From Eledone cirrhosa (taxonomy: Eukaryota): a stretch of DNA of 64,000 nucleotides. The stretch lies in contig OZ024743.1 in assembly GCA_964016885.1 (NCBI GenBank), positions 253,084,001-253,148,000 of the forward strand, given 5' to 3'. The notes under the pieces were generated by a model. That model had not been told where the DNA came from and searched no databases. It worked only from the letters and a program-made list of their open reading frames with translations. The translations under genes and the position numbers were made by a program. Below are positions 56,300 to 64,000 of the stretch, piece by piece. Position 1 is the stretch's first letter. The number at the start of each line of letters is the position of its first letter.

Positions 56300-58947
56300 C
56301 ACCTTTCTCTCCTAATTCTGCTCCTTCCACTCCTCCCTCCACTTCACCACCTCTATCTCCACCACCCACGTCCACTTCTTAGACATCTCCGTCGCCTTCG
56401 ACCCCTCCCACCACTCGCTCGTCACCTCCGCCTTCTTCAAACACACCGACTCCCACTCTTACCTCGACTTCACCTCTTCCCACCCCACACACACTAAACA
56501 CTCTATTCCCTCCTCCCAACTCCTCAGGATCCGCCGCTTCTGTAGCCGAGATGCCGACTTTGAGTCCCAGGCCCTTTCCCTAGTCAGCCATTTCATCCGC
56601 AGAGGTTACCCCCCCCCCACCCCCCCATCCTCTTGTCCACACCGCTCTCACCCGCGCCCGTGCTGTCTACCACTCCACCACCCTCACCCCACGCCACCGC
56701 ACACCCACCCACCGTCGCCCCTTCCCCATCACCTACCACCCCTCCACCTTACCCCTCCACCGCACCATCCTCCGCCACTTCCGACGCCTCCAGTCCGACC
56801 CCTCCACCTCCCACATCTTCCCAGCTCCACCACTCCCCTCCTTCAAACGCGCACGCAATCTCCACACCTTTCTCGTCCACAGCTCCCTACCCCTCAACCC
56901 GATCTCTTCCCCCCCCCAGTTCCTTTCCCTATTCTAGGCCCCGCTGCAACACATGTCCCCACATCACCAACACCACCACCTTCCAGGGTCCCAACGGCCA
57001 CTCTCTCTCTGTCCGGCATGCCTTCCGCTGCACCTCCTCCAACCTAGTCTACGGACTGGACGTCGCCTGGCGGAAAGATTTACTGAGCACCTGCGGGATA
57101 TTCGTCTCGGTGGTAGTTACCCCATCGCCCGCCACTTTGGTGCCCCTGGAAATTCCGCACACCATCTGACAGTCTGTGGCCTACTCCAATGCCACGGAAC
57201 ACCCGCCAATCTCCTAAGAGTCGAACAATGAACCATCTTCATCTTACAGACCCACACTCCCCCCGGCCTGAACTCACCACTCTTATTCCTTTAGCCTTCG
57301 AGCGCCCCCCTCCCCCCACACATATCCCCCACTAACACCACTAACACACCCCTCCTTTTCACCGCCCACCCCACAACTAACAATAGTAACACCTCCACCT
57401 CCACCCCACATCCGACCATTCTTCCCCAACTAACATACTAACATCCCTCCCTTCTTCTCCCCCCCTCCTTATCACACGCACACACCCACCGGTACATATA
57501 TACACGCGCTCACACTAAACACACACCCTACTACCACCACTAACCCTCACCCCCACACATTTACCCCACCACTCCGCAACTAACATCACTAACACCCCCT
57601 GACCCCAAGCACACGAACACACACACCCACTTACACCACCCACCCTATACGCAACTAACATCACTAACACCCCCCAACCCTACGCACACGTAAACACACA
57701 CCCTCTTACAGCCCCCACTCTACACACCCTACCACCACTGACCCCCACTCACACCCGCATTCAACCCTTTCTCCACCTCTTGTATACTAACACCCACTAA
57801 CACCCCCTTCACCACACACACACACCAGTACACTACACTCCCTCCATCGGCCCCCACAACCTTCTCTCCCCGCTCCACCCACACCCTTTCTCAAACACTC
57901 ACTCATCCCACTAACACCCCTACTAATACACACACACCCCCTCCTCACTCCAACTTTCACACCTACCCATCCTCTCCCCTGTCCACCGCACACACTGACA
58001 CACCTTCACTTACCATTCTACCCTACTGTTGCTATGCCCTCTGACCACCTCCCCGCACACACAGACACACAACACACCTTCACTTACCATTCTACCCTAC
58101 TGCTGCTATGCCCTCTGACCACCTCCCCACACACACAGACACACAACACTCCCCCTGCCTTGACCCTCTGAGCACTTCCTGATGCGCGCGCACCCCACAT
58201 CTCCTCTCTTCCGACCAATCTCTTCACGGATTACACATATGTGAACCTTGATCCCGAGAATCCACCGCATCCAAGGATTTTACTCAGCATTCCACCACAT
58301 CTTTTTACGGAATTACCTTTATGACTCACTCCACACACACACACACCAAAAAAAAAATGTTTTTCCAACACGCCACCTACATCCACAACACGCATAAACA
58401 CCACACACACACGTGCGTACCACCACATATTTACACATTCAGCCTCCGGAATCCTATCCGCCCACCCCTCTATCCACACACGCACACACACTCCGACCTA
58501 CACCCCACCACACACACCTCTTCCAGAACATGCAACCCCGTGGTTCCCCCAACCCTTGCTTTCACACACACACACGTACACCTACACACACACACCACCT
58601 TCAGCCCTCCCCGCTCGGACATCCCGTCTCCCTCTCCCCACTCCACCCGCCACCACCCCTACACGCCCCACACCCTCTATCCACCTGTTTTACCCCATTT
58701 TAATTTTATTTTGATCATGCCTTTATTTTTAATTTCATTTGCACCGTTTCCTCTCACCCCTTTTTGCTATATGTCTCTCCACCACTCCCCTACACACCCT
58801 TTGAACTCTCTTCCCACACACTTTTCACCTGAAGAAGGGCTTATGCCCGAAACGTCGTTCCCCACCACCACCCCACTCTCAAGAGCGTGAAATTAATAAA
58901 CCTTTGTTTGTACTGCCTCTCTGTTTTGTTCCCGTTCAATTTTTCAC

Positions 58948-58948
<1 letters not shown>
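56298..58948 (+). mobile_element. 5'-truncated Penelope-like element (RT C-terminus, GIY-YIG, long C/A-rich 3' UTR, HHR)
   Basis: FLDISV..FFKHTDSHSYLDFTSSHPTHTKHSIPSSQLLRIRRFCS..RGYP; RPRCNTC..CTSSNLVY; TGRRLAERFTEH..IARHF..PPGLN; (TA)n flanks. Confidence 0.9.
58826..58859 (+). ncRNA. Minimal HHR motif typical of PLE pLTRs
   Basis: AC CTGAAGA A GGGC-ttat-GCCC GAAA CG TC GT; stem I is only 2 bp. Confidence 0.72.
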
Positions 58949-59024
<76 letters not shown>

Positions 59025-59034
59025 AATTCTATAT

Positions 59035-59132
59035 ATAGTTCAAGGAGACAACAAACCGAGGTACAAAGTGTGTTATTAGTTTCACGCTTTACATTGGAGA
59101 GAGGAAAGAATGTTCGACGTGTCGGGCTTATA
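59035..59132 (-). mobile_element. Short PLE tail fragment with a degenerate HHR 3' half
   Basis: Minus strand GCCCGACACGTCG..AGCGTGAAACTAATAA, similar to 58845-58900. Confidence 0.55.
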
Positions 59133-59559
59133 TACACACATATATATATATATATATTCAGTCCCTTCTCACCAGTTGGCCGCTGGAGGTTATCCTGATT
59201 TCGTAGCTTTATCATCGATACATCTATCTCCTCTATATGAGTGCGTGTGTATAATCGCCCGATAACTCCTGACATATTTTCAGTTAAATCATTACTGGCT
59301 GTTAAGAGGTAAAGCAGTTGAAACGTAAAGTTGAAAATAAGACTTGAAAACAGATAGACATATTACTTCCTTCCCCAAACTCTCAAATCCTTATGGAGTT
59401 TTGGGGTGTCAAACCTGGAAGAACCCGCCTTTAATTACGGCCACAACCGATTTCTCAATGAAAAGGACAAAGAAAGTAATAGGGGTGAGGGAGGGAAGCG
59501 TGAAGCATCGTGAGGTTTCTAAAAATAGCATTTGTGGTGCATATATCTTAATTTTAAAA

Positions 59560-60030
59560 GTCTTTAACGAATAATCGAGATGCATTGTTGAAGTTAAATA
59601 ACATTACCTTCTTGAATTCATGATTCAACACAAGCAGAGAATAACGTTTAATAGGATCTGATATTAACAACCCACCAAATTTAAATATAAATTCTACCCA
59701 GTATAGAGACAACATCAATCTTATCTTAATAAACAAAAGTCTACAACAGTTGTGTTCTCATGTGACCAATGTCGTTTCATCTTAAATTCAAATAGTTGTA
59801 GGACGAATATATGAATAACAAAATATCTTTACACATCAACTTAAAAGTGATTTAGCAGAATGAGTTTCAATAAATTTAATAATGCAAGAAAAGTCTTTTG
59901 TGAAACATTTCTTACCAATTGTGAAAAATAGGCCCACATTTTTTCAAAGGAAAAGAAAGGAATTGATAACAGCATAAGGCCGTGGAATCTGGGTTTCCAT
60001 TGAACGTTTCCATTTCTGATACTTACTGTC
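59560..60030 (-). mobile_element. Highly degenerate PLE RT C-terminal fragment
   Basis: NVQWKPRFHGLML resembles the PLE thumb motif VYRKPTFTG. Confidence 0.4.
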
Positions 60031-60059
60031 AATCGCAACTCCTGGCAAAATACTCACTA

Positions 60060-60295
60060 CCTTTCTATTCAGTTGAACTCAGAACGCCACAGAGCCGGAA
60101 CAGAGAACAAAGCAATCCGTCCGACTCCTCAACGACTGCGCCAACCTACCGCCTCTTGGAAAACTACTTTATCGACACCCGAAATGATGAAAAGCAAAGT
60201 AGACTAAGGTAGGTTTTGAACTTACAGCGCAGTAGGTCGAAAAAATATTGAAGCATTTAATCCAATGCGCAAACGACTCTTGTCAATTCGTCGTC
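60060..60295 (-). mobile_element. Old SINE family A fragments
   Basis: TTTATCGACACCCGAAATGATGAAAAGCAAAG..TTTGAACT. Confidence 0.55.
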
Positions 60296-61499
60296 ATACG
60301 AATCGACAAACTAATTTAAAATATACAAAACAGAAATTAAAATACATACAACTTAGTGAAAACTATGTATACAAGGCATGGAAGTTCTGTTAACTCCAAA
60401 AAGATTGTTCATAAGGTATCTCGTCAAGTTCATGATATTGTCACTTTAAATGACGAATAAAAAAAAGGATTCGTAAAACAGCAAAAAAAAAACCCCGATG
60501 CAATGGCATCTTGCTAATAAAGAAATAAAATGAAAACACACAACACAGTCAGTAAAAGTATGTTAAATAAAGGAACTGCGATAATATAATTAGAAATATC
60601 GATGCTGATTACTTTTGATCTCGTGGAGTTAATGTTCTTTGAACTTGACTTTTGATGGACTAAATAGTCTAGATACAAATAAAAAATAAAGATTACTAAT
60701 TTAAAATCGTGTTTGTTTCGGGACTGTGGAATGTCATACTATAGTGATGGTAAGAAGAGTCGCGATATGGCCAAAAGCTGAATAAATTCAACAGGGCATA
60801 TATATGTATGTGTGTGCGTGTGTATGTAGACAAACAGATGTACGTATATATACATATTTGGTCTAAAACTATTGAAGAGGTCATGTAATGTAAAAACTAT
60901 TGTTTCATAAGAAAGGTGAAGTAAAAAATATGGTTAGATGGCCACCATAACCATCATCATTATCACCCACTCCATAATCATCACAACCAACATCATCATC
61001 ACAACCTTAATCACGACCTCCGTCACCAATACCACAACAATCATCACTACCATCAACAGCAACAACACCACCACCGTCATAATCACCTCCACCAATATCA
61101 ACGGCAAGAGCATCAATATGCTACAATAACCTGCGTTAACTTATTTCCTTATATATCGTATTTTATCACTTCTCCTCCACCTGCTCTCCCGTCTTCACAT
61201 CAGCTTTCACTGATTATCATATGGTAACAATCTTGGATTCAAATGACGAATGAAGCCAGAGAAAGCCACCTGTCAATTAGTATTGAAAATATGACTCTGG
61301 AATTTGGCAAATGGCAAACCATTTGAGTTGTGAACAAAACCAAGAACTGAAATGATTGCAAGTACCTAATTGTATATATTTAATAATAGGTTAATGTGTC
61401 TACAGCACTAACTAGATGTCAACAAAAATACCACAAAAATAAATAATACAAATTACCGAAATCCATCAGACTAACATCTTATCACGATAATGTGAAGAG

Positions 61500-61577
<78 letters not shown>

Positions 61578-61587
61578 TATATATATA

Positions 61588-61776
61588 TAGGAACAAGTAA
61601 GACCCCGACGGCTGAGCTCAAGCCGTTTCAACGGCTAATTCTGAATTAGCCGTCGAAACGGCTTGAGCTCAGCCGTCGGGGTCTTACTTGTTCCTATTAC
61701 CCACTCTACTAACCTAAGTATTGAGTACTTTGGTGCGTTATGGTCCACCTGGTTCCTTACCACATTTCCTTCGTTA
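61588..61776 (+). mobile_element. Family H fold-back element
   Basis: Near-perfect hairpin 61587-61697 centred on GCTAATTC-t-GAATTAGC; same tail as 21585-21666. Confidence 0.88.
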
Positions 61777-62028
61777 TATATTTATATATAAGTAGAAAGG
61801 ATATTTAATTTGTTGGAAATTCAACAAATATAAATGTTTATGTCTGATTCAGAGCACTACCCAACGAAAATTCAACTGATAAGGTATGGTTTCCTTGGCT
61901 ATGTCATAATTTATAAAACACTCTTTGTATTTTATCTGGTGAAAGCGTACCAAAGTTTTTGGTACCCTTGAAATATATATAATAGAATAAATATGGTTTT
62001 ATAAATATAGTTTCCATGTATTTAATAT

Positions 62029-64000
<1,972 letters not shown>

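Noticed and set aside
57330-57930. Telomeric repeat array
   Set aside because: CTAACA modules are dispersed and are not tandem CCCTAA.
60938-61129. Thr/Ile-rich mucin-like ORF
   Set aside because: Degenerate (ATC/ACC)n low-complexity repeat.

Overview
AT-rich, microsatellite-dense animal DNA made almost entirely of transposable elements; I could not support any host gene. The SINE and repeat families resemble those of octopod cephalopods (inference, unverified). 1-16.9 kb is a retrotransposon pile-up at (TAA)n: four R4/Dong-type RLE elements (+) and one full-length L1/Tx1-type element (-) flanked by (AAT)n on both sides. A sister Tx1 fragment at 31.7 kb sits instead in (TATC)n. The remainder holds four Penelope-like element (PLE) remnants with GIY-YIG endonucleases, two Helitrons, a hAT-type element with an 8-bp TSD, a decayed CR1-group LINE, RTE remnants and tRNA-SINEs. 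The main signal is about 13 manually folded type I hammerhead ribozyme (HHR) motifs plus several half or degenerate ones. Most lie in short, non-coding fold-back or tandem elements (about 445-500 nt monomers) inserted in (TA)n. Several inversion junctions fall on HHR helices or the cleavage site, and several HHRs have extended stems II/III or a U3-A8 core covariation. All folds are by eye; activity is untested.
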